IMG/VR virus record: IMGVR_UViG_3300045988_046997 | Coordinates: 1 to 26,899 of that record | Origin: a virus | Direction: 5' to 3' (one strand) | Length of the DNA: 26,899 nucleotides | Part shown: one piece after another, positions 1 through 7,597 of the stretch | How positions within the stretch are numbered: position 1 is the first letter of the stretch | Layout: each line of letters begins with the position of its first letter | Program-made: the position numbers and the translations under genes | The notes under the pieces: model-generated | Database searches by the model: none | Told to the model about the DNA's origin: nothing | Seen by the model: the letters and a program-made list of their open reading frames with translations, nothing else

Positions 1-141
1 AGGAGGATCGCATGGAGTTATACGGGCTTGACAAGGGGTTCGGCTTGGTGACGGCGGCGATCCCGTACTTCAACCTGCAATGGAACAGGAAGTATTACGA
101 GTCGGGCACGTTCAGCTTGCAGATAACGGCTGACGTGTACG
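1..141. repeat. Terminal direct repeat: positions 1-141 are identical to 26759-26899. The contig is a circularly permuted or over-assembled circular genome with a unit length of 26,758 bp.
   Basis: Exact identity of the first 141 nt with the last 141 nt, read directly from the sequence. The CDS beginning at 12 re-starts at 26770. Confidence 0.9.
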
Positions 142-1046
142 ATCCGAGCTGGGCTTACATCGCTACGCACGACCGACCGGAGGTCGGAGTCGTGCAGAAG
201 ATCCAGTACACGAACGACGGCGGCGAGAAGCTAGTCCTGCTGTCTGGGTTCTTCGCGGAGCAGATGCTCAACGGCGTTGTGGCTTCCAAGAGGTTCACGG
301 CAGACCTGAGCAGGACTGAGAACGTCATCAAGCGCATGTACGACACGTTCGGCGTCCAAGCGAAGAAGGGCATCGCATGGAAGGCGAACGTTGACCCTCT
401 TGGAGACAGAACGCAGTGCGACTTCATCGGGGACAAGCTCGGCGAGAAGTGGCACTCGATGCTCGAGACTAGGGAGCTGAGCTACCGCGTCACCGCTAAA
501 GAGGACTTCAGCGGCCTTGAGTGCCAGATCTGGCAGGGCAAGGACAGGACGCAGTCTCAGGACGCGAACCCGTGGTGCGTGTTCAGCTCGGAGTTCGGGA
601 ACGTCGAGGACGAGGAGGTTTCCATAGACGGCTCGGCTTACGCTAACGTGTGCATTGTTTCCGCTAAAGACGAGGCTCTGAGCTTCGAGGTGGATCTGAG
701 CGGCGGAGGCGAGAGGTTCGAGACGTTCCTCGACAAGGGCAGCGAGTCTCCTGAGTCGGGGCAGGGCGATGAAGAGTTCAAGGCTGGCCTGAGGCAGGAG
801 GCTCTGGAGAAGCTTGCGGACTGCGTGGTCGTGCAGGAGATCGACGTTACGAACCTCGGCGAGTCCAACTACCTTGAGGACTTCGACCTCGGGGACAAGG
901 CGAGCATGGTTCTGGAGGACATCGGCTTGGAGCTTGAAACGCGCATCGTCGAGGTCTCCGAGGTGTTCAAACCAGATGGACACAGTGTACAATTGGGATT
1001 CGGTAGCAAACGCATAACGAACATCAGGAGGGCGGTAACGCGATGA
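12..1046 (+). CDS. Tail-associated minor structural protein, Gp37-like or Tal-position (downstream of Dit, upstream of tail fibre)
   Basis: 344-aa ORF with an AGGAGG RBS at 2-7. It follows the Dit-like gene once the window is circularised and overlaps the tail-fibre gene by ATGA. The family call rests on position and general sequence style only. Confidence 0.45.
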   Translation: MELYGLDKGFGLVTAAIPYFNLQWNRKYYESGTFSLQITADVYDPSWAYIATHDRPEVGVVQKIQYTNDGGEKLVLLSGFFAEQMLNGVVASKRFTADLSRTENVIKRMYDTFGVQAKKGIAWKANVDPLGDRTQCDFIGDKLGEKWHSMLETRELSYRVTAKEDFSGLECQIWQGKDRTQSQDANPWCVFSSEFGNVEDEEVSIDGSAYANVCIVSAKDEALSFEVDLSGGGERFETFLDKGSESPESGQGDEEFKAGLRQEALEKLADCVVVQEIDVTNLGESNYLEDFDLGDKASMVLEDIGLELETRIVEVSEVFKPDGHSVQLGFGSKRITNIRRAVTR

Positions 1047-2536
1047 AAGTCTTTCCAGTTGACAGCATCGTCACGAGGCTAGGAGACGACGGGCTTCCGA
1101 TTTACGACCGTCCGTACGCCAGCGCGGACTTGCGCGAAGTGTACGCGAACTTCTTCAGCAACGGCGTGTTCATGGACGACGGCACATCATTGCAGGTGAT
1201 GGCTGCTGCTGGCGGCATGAACGTCGTCGTGAAGGCTGGAACATGCCACATGAACGGCGCATTCGGCTTCGAGACGGTTGATAGGACGTTGCAGCTCGAC
1301 GCTGCCAGCCCTAGCCTCGACCGCATCGACACGGTCGTTGCGCGCCTCGATCTAGGCATCGACGCGCGTTCGATCGACTTGTACGTTTTGAAGGGGACTC
1401 CTGCGGCTGATCCCGTAAGAAGGAACCTCACGCGCAACGAGACGGTGTGGGAACTCGGATTGGCGGATATCTACCTGCCAAAGGGCATCGTAACGGTCAG
1501 CCAAGGGCGCATCAGCGACACGCGCTTGGAGACCGAACGGTGCGGGGCTGTGGCGCCGTTCGTGGAGTTCGACACGACGACTCTGTACGACCAGTTGAAG
1601 CAGGCTACAGCCGACGCGGTGGACGCTATGCAGGACGCGCTCGGCGGCACGACGGCTGGGAACCTGCAACGCTACCGCCGAAGCTTGAGAGTCGAGACTG
1701 AGATCCCGAGAGGCGCGGATCTGAACACGTACCAGTCGGCGGGAAACTACGGCTGCTCCGTTGCACTGAACGTCGCGACCATCGCGAACAAGCCGAGCGG
1801 TCTAGACGATCCGTTCCTGCTGTTCGTTCATGCCGTCGGTAGTTCAATCATGCAAGAGATCGTCGATTCTAAAGGCTCTCGCTGGTGCAGGGCAGGAATT
1901 GGAGAGTGGGAGCAGACGTACGACTCGCGCCAGACCGTCCCCGTGAAAAACGGCGGCACCGGCGCGGCTTCGCTCACGTCGAACGCTGTGCTTCTGGGCA
2001 ACGGAACTGACGCGGTTAACCATGCGGCTCCGTCGAGCGGCGCATTGTACGCGACCGGAGCGACGAGCAAGCCGACGTTCGGTACCCTGCCGATCGCTCA
2101 GGGCGGAACCGGAGCCACGAGCGGGTCGTCTGCGCTGTCCAACCTCGGGATCAAGAAGTGGCTGTTGGACAACGTCTTCAAGGTCGGTTACGTCTGGGTG
2201 TCGTACACGTCCACGTCACCAGCAAGCATCATCGGCGGTTCATGGACTGCTATAACTGGCAGGTTCCCGTACTTCAATGCAGGAACGAGTACCGGCGGCA
2301 GCAACACTCACACGCTCACCGTGAGTCAGATGCCTTCTCACAATCATAGTATCATCGACGGCTTAGGCGCTGGCTGGAATCCTACGGGATCCGCTGGAGA
2401 CAAGCTGTTTTACGGCAGTTACGCTTCAGGTCGCAGTATATCGGAGTTCTTTGGCACCAGATACGAAGGCGGCGGAGGTTCACATAACAACATGCCTGCG
2501 TATCAAACGCTGTATGCATGGAGGCGTACGGATTAA
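1043..2536 (+). CDS. Tail fibre / receptor-binding protein with C-terminal phage tail collar domain
   Basis: 497 aa. The C-terminus ...HTLTVSQMPSHNHS... matches the tail-collar signature (QMPSHxH). Gly/Thr-rich GGTGA(A/T)S repeats are present. The N-terminal ...SLDRIDTVVARLDLG... resembles BppU/fibre N-domains. Confidence 0.75.
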   Translation: MKVFPVDSIVTRLGDDGLPIYDRPYASADLREVYANFFSNGVFMDDGTSLQVMAAAGGMNVVVKAGTCHMNGAFGFETVDRTLQLDAASPSLDRIDTVVARLDLGIDARSIDLYVLKGTPAADPVRRNLTRNETVWELGLADIYLPKGIVTVSQGRISDTRLETERCGAVAPFVEFDTTTLYDQLKQATADAVDAMQDALGGTTAGNLQRYRRSLRVETEIPRGADLNTYQSAGNYGCSVALNVATIANKPSGLDDPFLLFVHAVGSSIMQEIVDSKGSRWCRAGIGEWEQTYDSRQTVPVKNGGTGAASLTSNAVLLGNGTDAVNHAAPSSGALYATGATSKPTFGTLPIAQGGTGATSGSSALSNLGIKKWLLDNVFKVGYVWVSYTSTSPASIIGGSWTAITGRFPYFNAGTSTGGSNTHTLTVSQMPSHNHSIIDGLGAGWNPTGSAGDKLFYGSYASGRSISEFFGTRYEGGGGSHNNMPAYQTLYAWRRTD

Positions 2537-2550
2537 CGGAAGGAGCGAAC

Positions 2551-3084
2551 ATGGTCGCAGCATTCGACGAACAGTGGAACATGGTTGATGATCCAGACAC
2601 GACCAAAGGCGAGGTAAGGTACGAGAGTGTAGCAGTCGAGTGCCGCTACGTCATCGATCAGGAAGAGCGAGGCCACTATGAGGTGATACGTGAGTATCCG
2701 AACGGCGGCAAGGACGTTGAGTGGAATGTTGACACGCCAGAGGTAGGCGGATGGCGCTATTACCGCAACGGCGAAGAGTGGAGCGAATGCCCAATAGAGA
2801 TACCAGATGACTGGTCTCACGAGAACGTCGTCAACACATACGTAAGCGTTGCGCGTTGGCGCGAGTACACGGTCGACGAACTTGCCGAGATCACGAAGAA
2901 GAAGGCCGAAACAGAGAAGAAGCTTCAGGACGCAAGGGACAAGGCTGAGCTAATTGATGCTTTGCCTGATGCGGTGGCGGATCTGTCGGAGCAGGTGTCG
3001 AGCAATGCGACGAGCAACGCAGACCTCGCGGACGCTCTCGCGGATCTGTCGATGGTCGTCAGCAACCTTGCTGGGTCGAAGTAA
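2551..3084 (+). CDS. Hypothetical protein in the XkdW position of a PBSX-like late region, possibly fibre-associated
   Basis: ORF 2518-3084. Start preferred at ATG 2551, which has a GGAAGGAG RBS 6 nt upstream. The C-terminal low-complexity tail is ADLADALADLS. Confidence 0.5.
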   Translation: MVAAFDEQWNMVDDPDTTKGEVRYESVAVECRYVIDQEERGHYEVIREYPNGGKDVEWNVDTPEVGGWRYYRNGEEWSECPIEIPDDWSHENVVNTYVSVARWREYTVDELAEITKKKAETEKKLQDARDKAELIDALPDAVADLSEQVSSNATSNADLADALADLSMVVSNLAGSK

Positions 3085-3095
3085 AGGAGAAAGAG

Positions 3096-3212
3096 ATGGT
3101 TAAGTTTTGGTTCAAGCGCATCAAGGGCGACATCAAGCGCATTGGCGAAGTACCCGAGCTCTGGCGCGATCAGGTGCGAGAGATGATCGAAGCGGATAAA
3201 TCGTCGAAGTGA
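3096..3212 (+). CDS. XkdX-like small phage protein (38 aa), below the ORF-track threshold
   Basis: AAGGAGAAAGAG RBS followed by ATG at 3096, in frame to TGA at 3210-3212. It encodes MVKFWFKRIKGDIKRIGEVPELWRDQVREMIEADKSSK. The size, the FW-K-R N-terminus and the position between fibre and lysis genes are typical of XkdX-family proteins. Confidence 0.5.
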   Translation: MVKFWFKRIKGDIKRIGEVPELWRDQVREMIEADKSSK

Positions 3213-3232
3213 CGGCGTTCATGTGCTAAGAT
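3204..3232 (+). promoter_or_regulatory. Putative promoter for the lysis cassette: extended -10 TGcTAAGAT at 3224-3232 with a weak -35 TCGAAG
   Basis: The same TGCTAAGAT -10 box occurs in early promoters P1 and P3. The -35 match is poor, so the promoter may depend on an activator. Confidence 0.35.
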
Positions 3233-3324
3233 CGTTTTGCTGCGGTTCCTGCCTTCCGCAGCGGTGTATGAGGTCGAGAGTTCTCTCGGCCTCTGTTGCC
3301 GTTTAGGCATTGAACGGAGACAGC

Positions 3325-3630
3325 GTGGACGACATCGAAGAGCGCGTTTGCAAGCTTGAAGCCGAAAACCAGCAGGTAATCGCCGACGTTAGGACGCTCG
3401 GGGAGCGAGTCGGCAGGCACGGATCAGAGCTTGACGAGCTGAAGATCAAGAGCGCGACGATGAACACGGTTTTAACTAGGATCGACGCGACCGTGGCGAA
3501 GATCGACGGTCGGTTGGACGCTCAGCAGATGAAGCCTGCGCAGCGATGGGACGACATCGTGAAGCAGGTTATTACTCTGGTCATAGCAGCCGCCTTCGGC
3601 GCTGTGATGGTTAATCTCGGTTTTCAGTAA
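3325..3630 (+). CDS. XhlA-like protein (N-terminal coiled coil, C-terminal transmembrane helix); lysis-associated
   Basis: ORF 3310-3630 with a TTG at 3310. GTG at 3325 has a GGAGA RBS 4 nt upstream. The coiled coil IEERVCKLEAENQQV... is followed by the hydrophobic C-terminus VITLVIAAAFGAVMVNLGF. It sits directly before the holin, as xhlA does in PBSX. Confidence 0.55.
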   Translation: MDDIEERVCKLEAENQQVIADVRTLGERVGRHGSELDELKIKSATMNTVLTRIDATVAKIDGRLDAQQMKPAQRWDDIVKQVITLVIAAAFGAVMVNLGFQ

Positions 3631-3640
3631 AGGGGGACTT

Positions 3641-3850
3641 ATGGAAAAGAGTTACATGCTGCCTGACAAGGCTTACGACGTTATGAAGTGGGCGGGTCTG
3701 ATCGCCTGCCCCGCGCTTGCGGCGTTCTACGGCGCGACGGCTCCGCTGTGGGGATGGCCTGCACCTGAAGCAGTGGTAACCACGATCAACTCGGTTGGCG
3801 TTCTGATCGGCGCTTTGATCGGCGCAAGCCACATGAAAGCGAGGTCTTAA
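3641..3850 (+). CDS. Holin (class II-like, two transmembrane segments)
   Basis: 69 aa with an AAAGGGGGA RBS. Two hydrophobic helices (WAGLIACPALAAFYGATAPLW and VTTINSVGVLIGALIGA) precede a basic C-terminus HMKARS. It is immediately upstream of the endolysin, whose ATG overlaps the holin stop. Confidence 0.7.
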   Translation: MEKSYMLPDKAYDVMKWAGLIACPALAAFYGATAPLWGWPAPEAVVTTINSVGVLIGALIGASHMKARS

Positions 3851-3851
3851 G

Positions 3852-4853
3852 ATGGGATGCGCGAACATCGCAGCGACGCTCATGGAGCACCTGTGCAACC
3901 ACGACTGGCACGGCTATAGCCAGCTTGGTCGCTACGGCGACGGCGAGGGCACCTGCCAAGTCGAGGTCGAGGGTCGCACCTATTACCTGCAACAGGGAGA
4001 CCGCGACTGCTCAAGCGCGGTTATCGAGTGCTGGCGCTCGGCGCTCATCGGCACTGCCTATGAAGGCGCACTGGATGAGGCAATCACCACTCGCAATATG
4101 CGCAGCGTGTTTGCGAACTCTGGTCTGTTCGATGTCTGGGACACGCGAGCCACAGTAGCTCAGCGCGGGGACGTGTACCTCAACGACGCCGACCATACCG
4201 CAATGTGCACGTGCGCAGACCCCGACCTACTGGGCGAGTTCTCAATCTCTGAGAACGGCGGCATCGACGGAGAAGTCGGCGACCAGACCGGTTGGGAGTC
4301 GAGCGTTCATGGCTACTACGACTTCCCATGGGATTGCACTCTGCATTACAACGGCAAGGCGGACGGCGCAGAACCTGCCGACAAGCCCATTGAGGTCGCC
4401 CCTCAGCCCTCGCAGCAACCTCAGACTAACGGTCTGCATGTCCGCTACCGCGCTTGCACTCAGGCAAGCGGCTGGTTGGCTGAGATGGTAGACCGCACGG
4501 ACACGAGCGGCTACATCGACGACTTCGCTGGAGACGGAAGCCCGATCACCTATCTTGCGATGGACTTCCCGGGCTGGTATCAGGTTCAGACGGTCAACAA
4601 TGGCTGGCTTCCGAAGGTGTCCAGCTACAACGTGGACGATCTGGAGAACGGCTGCGCTGGCGACGGTTCGCCGATCATCGGCGTTCGCTGCTACTACGAG
4701 ACGCAAGACCCGAACACGACGGGCTGGAAGGCTATCCATTACGCGGTCAACGATCTTGCTGAGATGCGCGACAACGACGCCGACCAGTACGGAGACGACT
4801 TCGCAGGAAACGGCGAGACCGTGACCAAGTTCTACGCTTACATCGGCGATTAG
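3852..4853 (+). CDS. Endolysin: N-terminal Amidase_5-type (Pal-like) catalytic domain plus three C-terminal ~45-aa repeats, tentatively ChW-like
   Basis: The motif ...YYLQQGDRDCSSAVIECW... then ...DADHTAMCT... parallels the Cys and His motifs of streptococcal phage Pal-type amidases. The C-terminal repeats share LAEM-D--D---Y-DDFAG(D/N)G. Confidence 0.8.
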   Translation: MGCANIAATLMEHLCNHDWHGYSQLGRYGDGEGTCQVEVEGRTYYLQQGDRDCSSAVIECWRSALIGTAYEGALDEAITTRNMRSVFANSGLFDVWDTRATVAQRGDVYLNDADHTAMCTCADPDLLGEFSISENGGIDGEVGDQTGWESSVHGYYDFPWDCTLHYNGKADGAEPADKPIEVAPQPSQQPQTNGLHVRYRACTQASGWLAEMVDRTDTSGYIDDFAGDGSPITYLAMDFPGWYQVQTVNNGWLPKVSSYNVDDLENGCAGDGSPIIGVRCYYETQDPNTTGWKAIHYAVNDLAEMRDNDADQYGDDFAGNGETVTKFYAYIGD

Positions 4854-4894
4854 GTTCTAGCTAGGTCGCAGTATGTTCTAGCAGAACAGATCGA

Positions 4895-4923
4895 GACCCC
4901 TCATCGCGAGGGGTCTTTTATTG
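4895..4923 (+). terminator. Rho-independent terminator T1 after the endolysin
   Basis: GACCCCTC-atcgc-GAGGGGTC: 8-bp GC-rich stem followed by TTTTATTG. Confidence 0.75.
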
Positions 4924-4933
4924 TCAAAAGTGT

Positions 4934-4962
4934 TTGCAATTGAAAACGTAATATGCTAAGAT
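4934..4962 (+). promoter_or_regulatory. Early promoter P1: -35 TTGCAA (4934-4939), 17-bp spacer, extended -10 TGcTAAGAT (4954-4962)
   Basis: Sigma70-like hexamers with exact 17-bp spacing. A GTTTGC half-site overlaps the -35 box. The same architecture recurs at P2 and P3. Confidence 0.7.
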
Positions 4963-4971
4963 TTTATTAAC

Positions 4972-4990
4972 GCAAACGGAAAGGGTTTGC
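4972..4990. promoter_or_regulatory. Inverted repeat GCAAAC-N7-GTTTGC just downstream of the P1 start site: putative operator or leader hairpin
   Basis: Perfect 6-bp arms. The same arrangement, GCAAAC-N6-GTTTGC, occurs downstream of P2. Confidence 0.5.
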
Positions 4991-5025
4991 GAAGAGCGCC
5001 CGTCATGGGCGGAAAGGCAGGGGAA

Positions 5026-5703
5026 ATGGAACCAACGAAGGAGGCTGAGCCCAGAAGCGTTTACGCGGTTCTCGCTGAGGTTCAGCATCGCGTGACGTGC
5101 AAGAAGGGTCGCGTGAACAAGTTCGGCGGCTACTCGTACCGATCGCTGGAGGACATCAACGCGGCGTTGAAGCCGCTGTGCCAAGAGCTGAGGTGCGGGT
5201 ACTTCTTCACCGACGAGATCGTGCCTATGAGCGTGGAGGGCGAGAGCAGATGGTACTTGAAAGCCACCGCGACGTTCTGGGCGGAAGACGCTTCCCAGAC
5301 CGTGAGCACGTCTGCGTTCGCGCGAGAGCAGGACTCGAAGAAGGGCATGGACGACGCTCAGGTGACCGGTCTTGCGTCGAGCTACGCGCGGAAGTACGCC
5401 TCTTGCGCCCTGTTCGCGATCGACTCAGGCGAAGAGGTGGACGCGATGGACAACGGGCAGAAACAGCGCGCTCGCAAGCAGGTAACGGCTGAGGCAAAGC
5501 AGGATCAGTCGGAAGAGCTTCTTACTCTGGTCGGTCAGTTCGCCGACATGAAAGGCAAGACTGCTGACGAGGTCATGCGAGCGTTGAACAAGAGCAACAC
5601 CATGAAGGGTCTGGGAGTTGCGGCCGATGCCGTCGAGTACGACGTGGAGCAGACTGCTGCTGCGATCGAACTGCTTAAATCATGGATCGCTAAATCGAAA
5701 TAA
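5026..5703 (+). CDS. erf: ERF-family single-strand annealing protein (recombinase)
   Basis: The ORF begins at 4987 with TTG. ATG 5026 is preferred because the conserved GAAAGGCAGG leader/RBS precedes it; ATG 5005 is an alternative. Motifs: VLAEVQ...KKG..N.FGGYSYRSLEDINAALKPL and ...GLASSYARKYASCALFAID. Confidence 0.8.
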   Translation: MEPTKEAEPRSVYAVLAEVQHRVTCKKGRVNKFGGYSYRSLEDINAALKPLCQELRCGYFFTDEIVPMSVEGESRWYLKATATFWAEDASQTVSTSAFAREQDSKKGMDDAQVTGLASSYARKYASCALFAIDSGEEVDAMDNGQKQRARKQVTAEAKQDQSEELLTLVGQFADMKGKTADEVMRALNKSNTMKGLGVAADAVEYDVEQTAAAIELLKSWIAKSK

Positions 5704-5714
5704 GGAGATAGAAC

Positions 5715-6107
5715 ATGCAAGGATTGAACACGGTGACTTTGGGCGGCAACCTGTGCAGGGACGCGGAACTCAGGATGGCGGCGAGCGGAACAGCCGTACT
5801 GTCGTTCAGCGTTGCGGTGAACGAGAGCGTGAAGGATCGTAACGGAGAGTGGAGCGATTACCCGAACTACATCGACTGCACGATGTTCGGTCGCCGCGCG
5901 GAGAGCGTCGCTCCGTACCTGACTAAGGGAGCGTACGTCGCGGTGGTCGGACGCTTGCATCAGAACCGCTGGAAGGCGCAGGACGGGCAGAACCGCTCGA
6001 AGGTCGAGGTATTAGTTGACAACGTGCACTTCGAGAGCAGGGCTGATCGCGCAGAGGCGGCGCATCAGCAGGGCGGCGCTCTGTACGACGAGGACATCCC
6101 GTTTTAA
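5715..6107 (+). CDS. ssb: Single-stranded DNA-binding protein
   Basis: 130 aa with an AAGGAGA RBS. OB-fold-like N-terminus followed by a Gln/Gly-rich linker and an acidic C-terminal tail YDEDIPF. Confidence 0.85.
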   Translation: MQGLNTVTLGGNLCRDAELRMAASGTAVLSFSVAVNESVKDRNGEWSDYPNYIDCTMFGRRAESVAPYLTKGAYVAVVGRLHQNRWKAQDGQNRSKVEVLVDNVHFESRADRAEAAHQQGGALYDEDIPF

Positions 6108-6114
6108 CGAAACT

Positions 6115-6144
6115 ATCCCCTGAGCGATCAGGGGATTTTCTTTC
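6115..6144 (+). terminator. Rho-independent terminator T2 after ssb
   Basis: ATCCCCTGA-gcga-TCAGGGGAT: 9-bp stem followed by TTTTCTTT. Confidence 0.8.
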
Positions 6145-6154
6145 GAAAAACTGT

Positions 6155-6183
6155 TTGCAATCAAAAACGTAACGTATTAAGAT
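6155..6183 (+). promoter_or_regulatory. Early promoter P2: -35 TTGCAA (6155-6160), 17-bp spacer, -10 TAAGAT (6178-6183)
   Basis: A paralogue of P1. A GTTTGC half-site overlaps the -35 box, and the spacer contains the shared AAAACGTAA. Confidence 0.7.
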
Positions 6184-6193
6184 GTTTACAGAG

Positions 6194-6211
6194 GCAAACG
6201 AAATGGTTTGC
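6194..6211. promoter_or_regulatory. Inverted repeat GCAAAC-N6-GTTTGC downstream of P2: putative operator or leader hairpin
   Basis: Perfect 6-bp arms at 6194-6199 and 6206-6211. Confidence 0.5.
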
Positions 6212-6234
6212 AAGGACAATGAAAGGCAGGAAAC

Positions 6235-6669
6235 ATGAACTTCACGAGCAAGTACGATGTAATCGAGTCTCTGCTGAAGACGTACGACGAGCTGGATCGT
6301 CTCAGGGCTGAGAACGAGCGCCTGAAGCGCGTCAACGCCGACATGAAGAGCATCGACAGCGTGGATGACGAGGAAGACCCGCGAGCGTACCAGAAGGCTC
6401 GGATCATGGAGTACGGGCGCAAGGAGATCATGAAGAACTCTACGAGCTACTGGGACAGCGTCATGGTGAAGCGTGGAGACGAAGGCCAGCTCATCGTTCA
6501 GGAGTTCGCGGACTGGCGCAAGGGAGTAATCAACAGAACCCCCGAGTTCATGAGCTGCGAGGACTTCTACGTACTGATGGACGCGGAGCTTCGAGAGACT
6601 TACGAGCTGCGCAAACTCGAGGCGATCGACAAGCTGGTCGAGTCGGAGCGCGAGTCCGATGGCGAGTAG
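6235..6669 (+). CDS. Hypothetical acidic coiled-coil protein, first gene of the P2 operon
   Basis: 144 aa. It is preceded by the conserved GAAAGGCAGGA RBS region. No family was recognised. Confidence 0.5.
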   Translation: MNFTSKYDVIESLLKTYDELDRLRAENERLKRVNADMKSIDSVDDEEDPRAYQKARIMEYGRKEIMKNSTSYWDSVMVKRGDEGQLIVQEFADWRKGVINRTPEFMSCEDFYVLMDAELRETYELRKLEAIDKLVESERESDGE

Positions 6670-7117
6670 CGCGTTCCGAGTGGCAGGTCAGGTCGTGGGG
6701 AAGCCACGACCACGCTTCAACAGAATGGGAACGAAGGTCAGGACTTACACGCCGAAGAACGGCGAGATGTTCGAGGAGCTGGTCAGGAATTCTTACATGG
6801 CTCAGTGCGGGGAGATGCACAATGGAGCCGTGAAAGTCGAGATCGCGTACCGACGAGTGCTGCCGAAGAGCCGACCGAAGAAGGTCGAGAGCGAGATTGA
6901 TCTGTTCAAGCCGGACGTGGACAACGTGGCGAAGGCGGTTCTGGACGCTCTGAACGGGGTAGCTTTCGAGGATGATAAGGACGTTGTGAGCTTGAAGGTC
7001 GAGAAGCTCCCGAGGGTCAGGATCGAGCAAGACGAGCTGTGCGTGATCGTCAGCGACGCAGACGACGAGGAGATGGAGGAACAGTGGCTACGCTTTACGA
7101 ACTCGACAAGGCTATAG
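6659..7117 (+). CDS. rusA: RusA-family Holliday-junction resolvase
   Basis: Motifs: ...VGKPRPRF... then ...LFKPDVDNVAKAVLDALNGVAFEDDKDV..., a typical RusA signature. Confidence 0.8.
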   Translation: MASSAFRVAGQVVGKPRPRFNRMGTKVRTYTPKNGEMFEELVRNSYMAQCGEMHNGAVKVEIAYRRVLPKSRPKKVESEIDLFKPDVDNVAKAVLDALNGVAFEDDKDVVSLKVEKLPRVRIEQDELCVIVSDADDEEMEEQWLRFTNSTRL

Positions 7118-7581
7118 AGCAGGTGATCGAGCACGGATTCTCATGGGACGAGGAGACGGGCGAGGTTCTGTTCGAGGAGTCTGATCTGGAGAGCCTTCAA
7201 GTGGCGCTCAGCGACAAGCTGGAGGCATGTGGCATCTGGATCAAGAACCAGAAGGCGCTGGCGGACGCTATCAAGGCGGAGGAGAAGGCTCTGAGCGACC
7301 GCAGGAAGTCGATCGAGAAGAGGCTGGAGAGGATGGACGGGTACGTGCTCCGATGCTTGATGAAAACGCCGAAGCAGAGCGTGGAAACGCCGATGGTCTC
7401 GCTGAAGACGAGGAAGTCGACGCGAACGATCATCGACGACGAGTCGGAGGTGCCCGAGGAGTTCACCGAGCATGTCGTCACCGTGAAAGTGAACAAGGCG
7501 GAGATCGGCAAGGCGCTCAAGGCGGGCCGAGAAGTGTCTGGCGCCCATCTGGAGACGAGCCAGAACTTGCAAGTGAAATGA
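7084..7581 (+). CDS. Siphovirus Gp157-like protein
   Basis: The ORF extends from 7039. The start is placed at GTG 7084, which has a GGAGGA RBS. The N-terminus (M)ATLYELDKAIEQ... and the ...EEKALSDRRKSIEKR... coiled coil resemble Gp157-family proteins. Confidence 0.6.
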   Translation: MATLYELDKAIEQVIEHGFSWDEETGEVLFEESDLESLQVALSDKLEACGIWIKNQKALADAIKAEEKALSDRRKSIEKRLERMDGYVLRCLMKTPKQSVETPMVSLKTRKSTRTIIDDESEVPEEFTEHVVTVKVNKAEIGKALKAGREVSGAHLETSQNLQVK

Positions 7582-7597
7582 CGGAAGGAGGCGCGAG

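Noticed and set aside
231-992. 253-aa ORF on the minus strand, antisense to the first tail gene
   Set aside because: Fully embedded antisense in a well-supported + strand gene. It has no RBS and is Arg/Leu/Ala-rich, as expected of a GC-rich antisense frame. All credible genes in this genome are on the + strand.
1043-2536. Diversity-generating retroelement targeting the tail fibre
   Set aside because: No reverse transcriptase gene. No template-repeat/variable-repeat pair was found for the fibre C-terminus.
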